A stretch of DNA of 64,000 nucleotides, from the NCBI GenBank assembly GCA_039795895.1, contig JBDKKW010000002.1:7347-71346 (forward strand), written 5' to 3'. Within the stretch, counting starts at the first letter, position 1. Each line of letters begins with the position of its first letter. Both the position numbers and the translations under genes were made by a program. Positions 48,983 through 58,617 of the stretch are shown here, in pieces. Origin of the DNA: Candidatus Parcubacteria bacterium (GTDB lineage Bacteria > Patescibacteriota > Minisyncoccia > Phycocordibacterales > JBAYGS01). The notes under the pieces are model-generated. The model was given only the letters and a program-made list of their open reading frames with translations, did no database searches and was not told where the DNA came from.

Positions 48983-49969
48983 TTAGTTGATCTTAAAATT
49001 AAATGGGTAAGGGATGTATTCTTTTACAAATTTCTCAAGTGACTTCATTTCCAAAGGCGAGAAGATAAAATTGAATGAATTGTGTGTTAAGTTATAATTA
49101 AAAATATCCACCATCTGTCTTGTGGAAGACGTGATCCTTTCCTCACACTCCTTTCGTCGATTTAGAGTTACCCCGAGATTTTTTGTTAAAGAAAAGAAAA
49201 CTTCTGTATGAGGGCTCAACAAACTTTTGGGGCTATTATAAAAATCAACCTTTTCCTTGGGTACAAAATAAACTACTGGATTATCGGAAGTTACAAAATA
49301 CCTAGAATCTGACTTTAAAATAGTGAGGTTCATCCTGCGTAATATTTCAGCAATGGGCTCAAGTTCCGTAAGGGCAGTTTTTAAAAAATACCCGTTTGGA
49401 TATTTTAGGTTATATCTTTTTTCAACGATATTCTTTTTTATCTTTTCGGCCTGTTCAAGAGATATCTCCTCCCCTGCCTCTTTTTTTGCCAAGCCAACAA
49501 TTTCTCCCGCAGACATTAGTTCAAATCTTTTGCTTGTATGATGCTTGGAAAGATTCGAGTCAATATCTTCAATTTGTGATTTAAAATGAGGAGTTCGTAC
49601 AAGCATGGCGGCCATAAACAAACACAATTCGTCCTTGATGTCTTCAGTAATCCTTGTATTTATAGCCAATGATTCAACCTTTCCAACCAGGGTGTTATAC
49701 GTATCTTCTCCACAATCTTTAAAAATATCTTCGACATCATCACTACTGAAACCTTCCATACCCGGATCATATAGATTATTCTCCAAACCTATGTTTTTTA
49801 AGCCTTCTTCACCGTTAATTAATAAAATTCGCTTTTCGAATGGAGAATTCTCTTTTAAAAACTTTTCACCCTTCTTGTACATAAAAAGATTACTCTCAAG
49901 TAAAAAATGTCTGAGATATGTTTGAGGAATATAATGATTTCGAATGGTTCTTTTCTTAATTTTAGACAT
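48983..49969 (-). CDS. DUF4238 family protein
   Basis: NHYIPQTYLRHF, LVRTP, FVTSDNPV. Confidence 0.85.
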   Translation of the reverse strand: MSKIKKRTIRNHYIPQTYLRHFLLESNLFMYKKGEKFLKENSPFEKRILLINGEEGLKNIGLENNLYDPGMEGFSSDDVEDIFKDCGEDTYNTLVGKVESLAINTRITEDIKDELCLFMAAMLVRTPHFKSQIEDIDSNLSKHHTSKRFELMSAGEIVGLAKKEAGEEISLEQAEKIKKNIVEKRYNLKYPNGYFLKTALTELEPIAEILRRMNLTILKSDSRYFVTSDNPVVYFVPKEKVDFYNSPKSLLSPHTEVFFSLTKNLGVTLNRRKECEERITSSTRQMVDIFNYNLTHNSFNFIFSPLEMKSLEKFVKEYIPYPFNFKIN

Positions 49970-50151
49970 AAATACAGTCTCTAACGTAGAAAAATCAATC
50001 GTACAACAATTCTTTTTAAAAAGACAGTTTTAGTGGATAGAGTTGCTATCCACAGGAAAATAAAGTAATATCTCGGACTCGAGATATAATAGAAAAACCA
50101 GCAGATCGTGCTTAAACAATAAGCTGGTTTTCCCTTTAGAAAAGGCTCAGG

Positions 50152-50295
50152 CTATGCTTGAGCTTTTTCGCTACCAATTTTCTTCCAAATTGGGAAACAT
50201 TTGGCCGACTTAGGTCGGATCACTTTGCCACTTTTCAATTTCTTGAAAGGTATGCAGGCGACCATGACGTAGCCCGCTCGAGTCTGTGTATTCAC
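50152..50295 (-). CDS. Small basic peptide
   Basis: GTG start after AAAGGGA; KLKSGKVIRPKSAKCFPIW. Confidence 0.45.
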   Translation of the reverse strand: MNTQTRAGYVMVACIPFKKLKSGKVIRPKSAKCFPIWKKIGSEKAQA

Positions 50296-50628
50296 TGGAC
50301 TTTGTCCCTTTGATTTCAAGTAGCTTCTGCCAACCAAACATCGACCGGTATGGTTGCGACTATTATCCTACCCGACCTGCACAGGAACCAGCGCAGGCTT
50401 AGTGTGATAACACCACTTCAATCTCAAAAAGAAAAAGAACCCACTCCACAGGCCGATAAGATTTCTTATCAGCTGTGGATTAGGTTCTTTTCTTAAAAGG
50501 ACTTCTCTTTTAGCTAATAATGACTCCTGCCGGACTGTGCGTTCCATGTGGATTTTCCACTAGGAACACCTTGATTTTCTCTCGTTCTAGTAATAAAGTC
50601 AAGTGAAACAAAATGTATCTGAGGAAAC

Positions 50629-51228
50629 CTACCATCTCGATCCAAACTGACCACCTGCCACCGAGACCTTCCTACACAGCGCATCGTACCGCATCGCCCG
50701 CTTCGTTGGCTTTCCGGCATACTCCTGCCATCGAATCTCCATTGCAACATCTTCGAATTCCATGATCCTTTTAAACAAGGGCACAATACCGCGATAATTC
50801 ATCTTCTGAGACAAGTAGCATAGACCAAGACACGTCCTACATCTGAAATTATCACCATCCTGATACAGAATGCCTACTCGATGGTCACAAGATTGGCAAG
50901 CAAACCACTCACGCACACCCCCGTAGTGGCATTTGGTGGTCACGAGAGCAAATACATCACAGCTATTCTTGGGCCCGCGATTTATGAGCTTAAAATACCA
51001 ATCAAGCACGGCTGGATCCTTGACGAGCTTAAAACGGAGACCTTTATGATAAAAGCCTATCCGAGCAGTATAACCCGTTCTATCCAGAAATCCCTTCTTT
51101 TTGAACTCGGAGATATTGAGGGAAAGTCTCCCCTCCACCGTTCTGCGACCACCTCGAGGAACTGGTGCTAATCTTCGTGGTTCTATAGGGCCGAAATCAT
51201 TAAGGATTTCCTCTTCTTGATTTTCCAT
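50629..51228 (-). CDS. Hypothetical Zn-ribbon protein of mobile elements
   Basis: GGVREWFACQSC..VGILY..FRCRTCLGLCYLSQ. Confidence 0.75.
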   Translation of the reverse strand: MENQEEEILNDFGPIEPRRLAPVPRGGRRTVEGRLSLNISEFKKKGFLDRTGYTARIGFYHKGLRFKLVKDPAVLDWYFKLINRGPKNSCDVFALVTTKCHYGGVREWFACQSCDHRVGILYQDGDNFRCRTCLGLCYLSQKMNYRGIVPLFKRIMEFEDVAMEIRWQEYAGKPTKRAMRYDALCRKVSVAGGQFGSRW

Positions 51229-51369
51229 ACATATTCTCAATTAACCCCTAAATTAGGCCTATTTATCAAGCTTTTTTGAATGAGTCCTACTTCGCTTCGT
51301 AATAGGCTCCCGAAGTCAATTTTACACCATTTCTTTACATTCATTTGCTATGCAACAAAAGGCCTCACA

Positions 51370-51390
51370 TGGGCTGATTTTGACCCTTTT
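51370..51390 (+). repeat. 21-bp direct repeat, copy 1
   Basis: TGGGCTGATTTTGACCCTTTT, identical at 54530-54550. Confidence 0.85.
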
Positions 51391-51416
51391 AAACCTATCC
51401 TAAAACCCAACAAGGA

Positions 51417-51806
51417 CTACTCTTTCGGCAACTCTGGAAAGGTATTCTGATCCGGTTCAAATCCAGCTTCGACATCCAAAGCTTCGGTATCTACTCCTGA
51501 AGCCTCCAAAGAAGCTCGCATTCTGGTTCTCTCGGCACTCAGTGCAGTGAATTCTGCTTCAGTGAGCCAGCCTTGAGCCTTTGATGCAGTGCTGAGGGTT
51601 CGATTCTTTGCGGCCTCACTGAAAGCTCGAGTTGACTCAAGCCACTTTTTGCCAAGCCCGACATACGTCTTCTTAACACTCTCGAGTTGCTCTGGTGCAA
51701 TCGGCAAAACTGGAGGTTCTATAGTGTCATTAGCCTCTCCCATCTCCTGAGGAGGTAGTTCTGGCGCAGATGGTTCACCACCGAATTCAAATCCAAATAC
51801 TTTCAT
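51417..51806 (-). CDS. Hypothetical acidic protein
   Basis: 129-aa ORF. Confidence 0.6.
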   Translation of the reverse strand: MKVFGFEFGGEPSAPELPPQEMGEANDTIEPPVLPIAPEQLESVKKTYVGLGKKWLESTRAFSEAAKNRTLSTASKAQGWLTEAEFTALSAERTRMRASLEASGVDTEALDVEAGFEPDQNTFPELPKE

Positions 51807-51924
51807 GGGGTTGGTATAGCTTTAACAATAAGGAATATTGTACACCCCGCAAGAGGGCGGAGCAAACACAGACCTGCACGCCAAACTGGACAACCTCCGG
51901 CATATTTCGTGCTACACTATTTTC

Positions 51925-52158
51925 ATGAAAAAAGTATCGATTGAAATATTCGGCTGGTACGGAACATGTGCGATCGTCCTTGCCTATATTTTGAGTAGCT
52001 TCTCGGTGCTCTCCCCAACTTCTCTTACCTATCAAATCTTCAACGTGACTGGCGCACTGGGCATTGTAACAATCTCACTTCACAAGAAAGCATATCAACC
52101 AGCGATCCTGAATATCATTTGGTGCACCATTGCACTCGTTGCGATTGTTCGAATGTAA
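51925..52158 (+). CDS. Small three-TM membrane protein (CBU_0592-like)
   Basis: FGWYG..LAY...YQIFN..GA...LNIIW. Confidence 0.75.
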   Translation: MKKVSIEIFGWYGTCAIVLAYILSSFSVLSPTSLTYQIFNVTGALGIVTISLHKKAYQPAILNIIWCTIALVAIVRM

Positions 52159-52219
52159 GCTAGGCGCCTGTAAATTAAAATCGGAGACCCTTACCGAGTC
52201 TCCGATTGAGTTCTTATAA

Positions 52220-52729
52220 CTACCGCCCCGGGATCCTGACCCTAAGACTCAAGGTCTCGCCACAACCAGCGTTCTCACCGTAATGTGGGTCATCGAATTC
52301 TACGAAGCCCATTGATTTGAAGTGCTCAATGATTCGCTTGGACTTAGGACGCCCAAGCGTGACACTTTCAGCAAGATACACATACTGCTTGGGCGCGGAG
52401 CAAGACAGATGTTCGAGAAACAGTCTCATGGCTTCTTCGCCATAACGCTTTCCTCTCCTGCTCGGCACGATGCCGTAGTAACGAAGACGAAGCACATCTG
52501 TAAATTCGCCGTATTCAAACCATCCAATGATACCAATCGGCATATCATCTTCATCGATCGAAAAAATCTCACCGAGAGACTCGCCTTCATACTCCTTCAC
52601 GCCCCATTGTTCGTAGCTTTCTCGAGCCTGATGTTGAAGCGCGGTAACTTCCCAGATTTTGTTTAGTTCAGGATGACGATCAAAAAGTGTCTGATTCTCT
52701 GGTAGTAACAGTTTTTTAATTGTGACCAT
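52220..52729 (-). CDS. GNAT-like acetyltransferase
   Basis: IVPSRRGKRYG (R/QxxGxG motif), FKSMGF. Confidence 0.7.
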   Translation of the reverse strand: MVTIKKLLLPENQTLFDRHPELNKIWEVTALQHQARESYEQWGVKEYEGESLGEIFSIDEDDMPIGIIGWFEYGEFTDVLRLRYYGIVPSRRGKRYGEEAMRLFLEHLSCSAPKQYVYLAESVTLGRPKSKRIIEHFKSMGFVEFDDPHYGENAGCGETLSLRVRIPGR

Positions 52730-52742
52730 AAGGTACTCCTTT

Positions 52743-53951
52743 CTAGTGTGAAATTACCATAATTTCATGAGTGTGCCTAGCCTTGTACCAAAAACACCCG
52801 ACTGCGGTTACCAGAGTTATCGTCCCTAAAGTGAGAAAGGTGCTATACGTGCCACCAATATCAGCGAGGAGACCTATGGTAATTGGCCCAACAATTGCTC
52901 CAATCTGTTCTGCACCAGCCATCAATCCCCCAACCTTTCCATAATTATCAGCACGCGAAGCTTTGGTCACAAGGGCCTGTAATGCAAGTGTCAAACAAAC
53001 AGTAAGGGTTCCCAAAATAAAGATACCGATAATCTGAAAAAGATACGTCTGAGCAAGCGACATTACTCCCAAGAGAACTGCGGTCACCAAAAGACTCACT
53101 GACACAAAAGTCCACTTCGATACCTTGTCGATATATGTTCCAAACCAAAATGCGAGAGTTGATGGAATAGCATAAATGACGGTGATGATGACGACATGAC
53201 TGAGATCATTTGATTTGGTATACACAAAAAGTGGTAAGAAAAAAGTACCTAGTGGATCGACGCAAGCGACAAAAAATGTGAGAAAAGTCAGTGTCCATAT
53301 TTCAGTTTTCCATTCGCGCATTCCACTGATTATTTTTAGCGGATTGAAAAAATATGTTGATGTCTTATTTTTTCTAATAGGCACCTCATCTTGTGGGGCT
53401 CGTGACATTACGAAGTACGCAATGATGGCCGTCACAGATATACCAAGGAAAAGCCAGTAGATGGGGATGCGGGTAAGAAATGGAATACTCACAAGTGCAG
53501 CAATCATCCACGTGAGATTTGGCAGTGAATGAAGGTATCCAAACGTTTTTGAAAGATGATACTCCGACGCAAAACGTCTGAGATAGGTATCACCACCGAT
53601 ACTGTCACAGCACCATACAACACCATTGATTGCTCGGGCTAATACTATGAAAAATGTCATTCCAAGCAAACCTGCTAGAAAATAACTGATACCAATGAGC
53701 GGATACAGAGCTAATGCAAAAAGAATAAGTTTCTTTGCGGGGATGCGATCACCGAGCATACTGACAAATGGCAATGCGAGTAGGAAGACGATGTCGTAAA
53801 TCGACCGAAGAAGTCCCGCTTCCGTATAGTTGTGTAATAAAGAAAAAAGAAGAACAGGAATCAGTGTCTCGCATAAGCCCCAGCCAAACCAACGGATACT
53901 GCGAGCGAGTGTAATCGTTTTGATACTTTTGGGAATGTGTGCTTGATCCAT
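52743..53951 (-). CDS. MFS transporter
   Basis: About 12 TMs, LGDRIPAKK, GPITIGLLAD. Confidence 0.9.
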   Translation of the reverse strand: MDQAHIPKSIKTITLARSIRWFGWGLCETLIPVLLFSLLHNYTEAGLLRSIYDIVFLLALPFVSMLGDRIPAKKLILFALALYPLIGISYFLAGLLGMTFFIVLARAINGVVWCCDSIGGDTYLRRFASEYHLSKTFGYLHSLPNLTWMIAALVSIPFLTRIPIYWLFLGISVTAIIAYFVMSRAPQDEVPIRKNKTSTYFFNPLKIISGMREWKTEIWTLTFLTFFVACVDPLGTFFLPLFVYTKSNDLSHVVIITVIYAIPSTLAFWFGTYIDKVSKWTFVSVSLLVTAVLLGVMSLAQTYLFQIIGIFILGTLTVCLTLALQALVTKASRADNYGKVGGLMAGAEQIGAIVGPITIGLLADIGGTYSTFLTLGTITLVTAVGCFWYKARHTHEIMVISH

Positions 53952-53954
53952 ATC

Positions 53955-54476
53955 TTAAAATGAATGATTGGTCATGCACAGTTCTCGAAGAATCTTTAAA
54001 GCTGCCTCTCGGTACGCTTCATTTTGACTTGAAGCTGTGCACTCTTCGAGAACGTAGGTAAAAAAGCCGAGGTCGAAAGATTCTTGTGCTGTAGCAAACA
54101 CACAATCATTTGTATCAATGCCAACGATGTGAACCTCCTCAATGTTGTTATCTTTCAAAATTTTAAACAAATCCTTTTCTCCTTTAAAGGCAGATTTTGT
54201 TTTCTTGGTTACGAGTACCGCCCTTTCATTAAGAAGCTGTTTAATATCGTGAGTAGTCGGCACCAACGGAAATGTCCAATGTGTCTGCCTGTCCCACAAG
54301 GAGCCTTTTTCTGCCGAAAATATAGTCTCAACAATGAGATCATAGCCTCCTTTTTCGATAACCTCTTTGATATTTGGAACAATCCATCGGCTTGTATCAT
54401 TCAAAAATCCTTCTTGTAAGTCGACAAGGATGAGAGATCTTCTCTTTTCTGGATGTGGGGTGACGATACTAGACAT
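53955..54476 (-). CDS. Isochorismatase/nicotinamidase-family cysteine hydrolase
   Basis: LILVDLQEGF, KSAF, GIDTNDCV. Confidence 0.9.
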   Translation of the reverse strand: MSSIVTPHPEKRRSLILVDLQEGFLNDTSRWIVPNIKEVIEKGGYDLIVETIFSAEKGSLWDRQTHWTFPLVPTTHDIKQLLNERAVLVTKKTKSAFKGEKDLFKILKDNNIEEVHIVGIDTNDCVFATAQESFDLGFFTYVLEECTASSQNEAYREAALKILRELCMTNHSF

Positions 54477-54529
54477 ACCCAAAGTATACCAAAGATACGT
54501 GTGACACAACTAACCTAAACAACCCCATC

Positions 54530-54550
54530 TGGGCTGATTTTGACCCTTTT
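54530..54550 (+). repeat. 21-bp direct repeat, copy 2
   Basis: Identical to 51370-51390. Confidence 0.85.
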
Positions 54551-54565
54551 GAGCACGTGTTTAGA

Positions 54566-54652
54566 TCAAGATATGCCCAAGGAAATACCTGGGATGCTAC
54601 TGATTCTTGAGTTCAAAGCATACGTTCTGACCTCGTGAATCATTCGGAGCAA
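54566..54652 (-). other. Right att site with displaced alternative recombinase C-terminus
   Basis: From the core, in the recombinase frame, reads LLRMIHEVRTYALNSRISSIPGISLGIS*. Confidence 0.65.
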
Positions 54653-54835
54653 CCCACATAAAACAGTGTCCTTTGGGGACGCTGTTTTTTGCTGATGTTG
54701 CTCCGCGGAGCAAGCCGACTAATCGGCTTGCGTCTTGGGATCGAACAGTGGAGCAATGTTTTCTACCAAGAAAAACGGGCGAGCTGATACCCAGACTTTG
54801 CTGAGTGACGACGAAGCAAAAGTCACGGGCGATAC
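54653..54835 (+). repeat. tRNA-Asn terminator and trailer element with inverted copy of tRNA 3' end
   Basis: AAAACAGTGTCC/GGACGCTGTTTT terminator; TTGCTCCGCGG and CTTGGGATCGAAC are the reverse complement of the tRNA-Asn 3' half. Confidence 0.7.
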
Positions 54836-55034
54836 CAATAAAACATGGAGCACTATTTTAGTCCATGCTTCCCAACGAATTTTTAGAGGCAGTAGAACAG
54901 GTCACTTAATAATGTACGTAAATTAATAAACCTCACGTCACCATTGATAGACCTCTGGCGTTGTGCTACCGTTAAAACAGTAGTTCTTTAAACCGCATGG
55001 AGAAGTAATACCCGTGCACAATCCTGGAGAAAAT

Positions 55035-55826
55035 ATGCCAACTATTACGGACAGCCAAGTGGTGATTGATCAGATCAATGCAGATGGAATATTGTACCTA
55101 AAAAGCCGTCTGTCGTGGGAACCAGTAATACCCGATATCCGTCCCCGCAGTGACGACACTCCAGAGACAGCATTGATTGATGCATACCTGGAAAGCCGTA
55201 ATGATTTCAAAGAACGGTTGCGTACACTTATGCGAGAATTGCTCACAGAGCTGTGTCAAAGTAGGCATTCTGGTACCGAACCCTGGGCCGGACTTCTCTT
55301 TCCTCTCATCGCTGGAACACGGATGGAAGGAGTGGAAGACTTGCTCGTGGACCTGCTCGATCGAGAAATCTCACGCCTCCCAAGCAAAAATCGCTGGCTA
55401 CGCCGATTCCAAAAGCTTGCGCCTTGGCGTAAGTCTGACTGGTGGAGACTGCCTGGCCCATACAAGGACTCACTACTGTTGGAACTAACAGTAGCACTGC
55501 GGGCCGTAGAAAAAGTGCCCAAAGCCCGCTGGATTCCACTTCTCGAGGATCCCCATACAGCCGGGGCAGCGTTCGGAGCAATCACCGAGGCAGACACTAC
55601 AATAGGTCTAGTGCATTTCCACACCCTAATGGAGACAGCATTAAAGTGGCCCGAGGAAACTCCTTTGTGTATGTGTATTTGGTGCTTCATAAGCGCGTCG
55701 GGTCAACAAGGAAGAGGTGGCAATCCAGCCCTCGCACTCTTGGATCGGGCAGGTAGCGTAAAAGCCCGGACATTGGTAATGAAGGAGCTTCGGACAATAC
55801 CGTCAGCCGCCCATCTGATTCCCTAG
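55035..55826 (+). CDS. Hypothetical helical protein
   Basis: 263-aa ORF, GGAGA RBS, terminator at ~55855-55888. Confidence 0.7.
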   Translation: MPTITDSQVVIDQINADGILYLKSRLSWEPVIPDIRPRSDDTPETALIDAYLESRNDFKERLRTLMRELLTELCQSRHSGTEPWAGLLFPLIAGTRMEGVEDLLVDLLDREISRLPSKNRWLRRFQKLAPWRKSDWWRLPGPYKDSLLLELTVALRAVEKVPKARWIPLLEDPHTAGAAFGAITEADTTIGLVHFHTLMETALKWPEETPLCMCIWCFISASGQQGRGGNPALALLDRAGSVKARTLVMKELRTIPSAAHLIP

Positions 55827-56012
55827 CCTTCTTAAAATTGACGGAAAGTAACATCCCCGCCGTGCGCAAGCCGGCGGGGTCTTTATTTTACAAAACACGT
55901 TCTGACGTCCTGGATTATTTAGAGCAGTTATTGACAGTATAATCAAACTGTGATAAATTATCTTCAGATATTAGTGGACCCTCAACAATCAGCAACGAAA
56001 GGAACCATACGT

Positions 56013-56195
56013 ATGAATCCCATTGTTCTTCACGCCATCAAGGTCATCCTCAGTCTTTTCACCCTTATTGGTGTCGCCAGCATCATTGTCGGTACCACCA
56101 ACTGGCTCCGCAAAGAGGGTGTTTTCGGAGGAGTCCCCCTTGGTTTGGCTGGACTCATAATCGGCCTTGGGGGGTTATTCCTGATCACTCGTTAG
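56013..56195 (+). CDS. Small two-TM protein
   Basis: GAAAGGA RBS, TTGACA promoter. Confidence 0.6.
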   Translation: MNPIVLHAIKVILSLFTLIGVASIIVGTTNWLRKEGVFGGVPLGLAGLIIGLGGLFLITR

Positions 56196-56338
56196 TAGAC
56201 CCCACTGACTTAGAATGCCCGCTCAACAACCGCCTCTCGCAAGTGTCATCTTGTGGGGCGTTTTTTTATTACACAAAGCTCCAATAAGAAGTAGCTAAAT
56301 AAAAAAATACCACAGTTTGCACTGTAGTATTTGGGATA

Positions 56339-56581
56339 TTATCCCCTAAGCACTGCCCGCCAAAAGATAATCACGAGCGCAAGAACAGTGGCCAGGGCAC
56401 ATATCGTTGCCACAAAAGCAAAGATCTTCATCACAACAGACATCCATTTCTTGCGTAACTCCTCTGTCTTGCCACTCTTTTCCCACCGTATACCAAACAC
56501 CGCTGTGAGAATACCCGAAACCAAGGCGCCAATGAACCACCAATGAATATTACCGCTGACGAAGTTGACAAATGTGCTCAT
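56339..56581 (-). CDS. Small two-TM protein
   Basis: AAAGGA RBS, TTGACA promoter at ~56651-56. Confidence 0.6.
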   Translation of the reverse strand: MSTFVNFVSGNIHWWFIGALVSGILTAVFGIRWEKSGKTEELRKKWMSVVMKIFAFVATICALATVLALVIIFWRAVLRG

Positions 56582-56749
56582 TTTTTTCCTTTATTGCAGT
56601 TTTTTTTACCAAACATTTCCGTTTCAGATATTAATATTAAATATAATCTTTGTCAATGTTATCCACTGCACCCATCCTCACCCCTGCCACGTAAAACAAA
56701 TACACACCACCATTTGAAAGATCACTCAAAAAGGTAGATACTACACTCA

Positions 56750-57784
56750 ATGAAAAAAGGAACTGAAAAAGCCCTGCCGGCCAAACATATTCCCTACTCA
56801 CAATTACTCCTCTGTCTTGCGGTTGGTTTTGGTGCACATTGGCTACTTGCACACTATTCAGAGACAACCACATCTTCAGATACCCACAGCTTTAACGAAG
56901 CCGATAGCACCCTGCGTCTGCGTGGAAAATATAACCTCATTAATCCTCTCCTGGTCTGTGGAAATACGGACAGCAAAGATTTTGATGAGTATAACGACTT
57001 GAAGCTTAAAATTCAAAAAGTGATCAACGCAAAGATTACCGACGGATCAGCAAAAACTGTCTCTGTTTATTTTCGATCAAATGGAAAATGGTTAGGTATC
57101 AACGAAAACGAAAAATATTCCCCCGCAAGTCTCAATAAAGTACCCATCATGATGGCATACTACAAAAAGGCTGAAGAAAATCCAGGTATTTTGTCTCAAG
57201 AATTAATTTATGACGGATCCTTTGACCAAAATAAACAAGAAACATTTAGATCTGAATACGATATTACACCTGGAGCATACACCATCGAAAATCTCATCAA
57301 GGCAATGATTGTTAATTCTGACAACAATGCACTCATACTCCTCTACAACAACATCGACCATAATTCCCTCAAAGAAGTGTACACCGATCTTGGCTTGTCT
57401 GTAACAAGCGACTCAGGCCTCATCGATAGTATTTCCGCCAAAGAATATTCATACTTTTTTAGACTCCTCTATAACGCCACCTACCTCAACGATACCTACT
57501 CAGAAAGAGCGATGGAATTGCTTGCATCCGCAAGTTTCCCTCAAGGAATTCGCTCCGGAATCCCCAAAAACACCACTATTGCACAAAAATTTGGTGAGCG
57601 AAGCACTCCCAATAAAAATGGTATAGATATCGAGCGTGAATTACACGACTGTGGGATTGTCTTCAACCAGACACACCCCTACAACATATGTATCATGACT
57701 CGAGGTACCAACTTTGAACAACTATCGAACACCATCAAAGCCGTCAGTACAGTGGTCTACCAAGAGATTGAGAATTTAAAATGA
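56750..57784 (+). CDS. Class A beta-lactamase-like serine hydrolase, membrane-anchored
   Basis: PASLNK (SxxK), SDN, QKFG, HDCGIV. Confidence 0.85.
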   Translation: MKKGTEKALPAKHIPYSQLLLCLAVGFGAHWLLAHYSETTTSSDTHSFNEADSTLRLRGKYNLINPLLVCGNTDSKDFDEYNDLKLKIQKVINAKITDGSAKTVSVYFRSNGKWLGINENEKYSPASLNKVPIMMAYYKKAEENPGILSQELIYDGSFDQNKQETFRSEYDITPGAYTIENLIKAMIVNSDNNALILLYNNIDHNSLKEVYTDLGLSVTSDSGLIDSISAKEYSYFFRLLYNATYLNDTYSERAMELLASASFPQGIRSGIPKNTTIAQKFGERSTPNKNGIDIERELHDCGIVFNQTHPYNICIMTRGTNFEQLSNTIKAVSTVVYQEIENLK

Positions 57785-57871
57785 GGCACATATCCTATTT
57801 ACAAAGATTAGCAGTAATACAACAAAAAAGCCGAGCTTCTGCTCGGCTTTTTTAACGAAATCTAGGTATAT

Positions 57872-58492
57872 CTATTTCTTTGGACACGCAGTTCGAGCAG
57901 ACTTTGCCTGATCAGCTGAAGCCTTGATTGAAGCCGTAAACGTATCACGAGCAGTCTTGACTGAAGCGGTATACGCATCACGAGTAGTCTTTACTGTTGA
58001 AGCAAACGTAGTAAGTGCACCACTTCGAGCACTTGCGTACGCAGCATTTGCTGATTTGACGGCAGTACTATAATCCGCCCACGCTGCCTTCACTGCAGAT
58101 GCACGAGCGGTTTTGTCGGTCAATGCTTTTGCTGTCGCTAATGCAGTATCTCGAGCTACCACCGCAGCTGCCTTGGCGGTACTCAATGTTGTCTTTGCGG
58201 TTGCAAGAGCAGTGTCTCGTGCAGTCTTGGCACTTGCCACAGCGGTATCTCGCGCGGTCATTGCTGATAACTTTGCGGTATCACGTGCGGTCACAGCGGA
58301 AGCGTCTGCTGTCTTTCGAGCTTGTACTACAGCATTCAAACAATCCGCTCGAGAAGCTACTACTGCCGGAGCCGTAGAAGCGGTCGATGTTGATACTGAA
58401 GTATTCTGTCCTGCTGTTTGCGCAAAGGTTAATACAGGCAAAAGACTTGCCACAACCAATGCACCCGATACTACTTTTTGAAATGACTTCAT
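57872..58492 (-). CDS. Secreted Ala/Thr-rich helical repeat protein
   Basis: Signal peptide; 11-residue TARDTA repeats; two Cys bracketing the repeats. Confidence 0.8.
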   Translation of the reverse strand: MKSFQKVVSGALVVASLLPVLTFAQTAGQNTSVSTSTASTAPAVVASRADCLNAVVQARKTADASAVTARDTAKLSAMTARDTAVASAKTARDTALATAKTTLSTAKAAAVVARDTALATAKALTDKTARASAVKAAWADYSTAVKSANAAYASARSGALTTFASTVKTTRDAYTASVKTARDTFTASIKASADQAKSARTACPKK

Positions 58493-58617
58493 AGATGATT
58501 AAGAATTAGAAAATAAATAATAATTACTCACGAAGAATTAAAACCACAGAGAATAGATACCCTGTAGTGCACCTTCATAGGTAAGTACGTCTACACTTGC
58601 TATAATGTTTCAACTCT

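Larger units (their letters stand above)
43795..54652. mobile_element. Serine-recombinase genomic island integrated at the tRNA-Asn 3' end
   Basis: Core CGGAGCAA at 43795-802 and 54645-52; recombinase at the left end; AT-rich cargo; displaced tRNA terminator and trailer after 54652. Confidence 0.8.

Noticed and set aside
54697-54746. Second tRNA-Asn gene or intron-containing tRNA
   Set aside because: Only the 3' part is present, inverted and interrupted by a hairpin; there is no D or anticodon arm.
56750-57784. Bona fide beta-lactam resistance gene
   Set aside because: It has KFG rather than KTG and a membrane anchor; only a family-level serine hydrolase call is supported.
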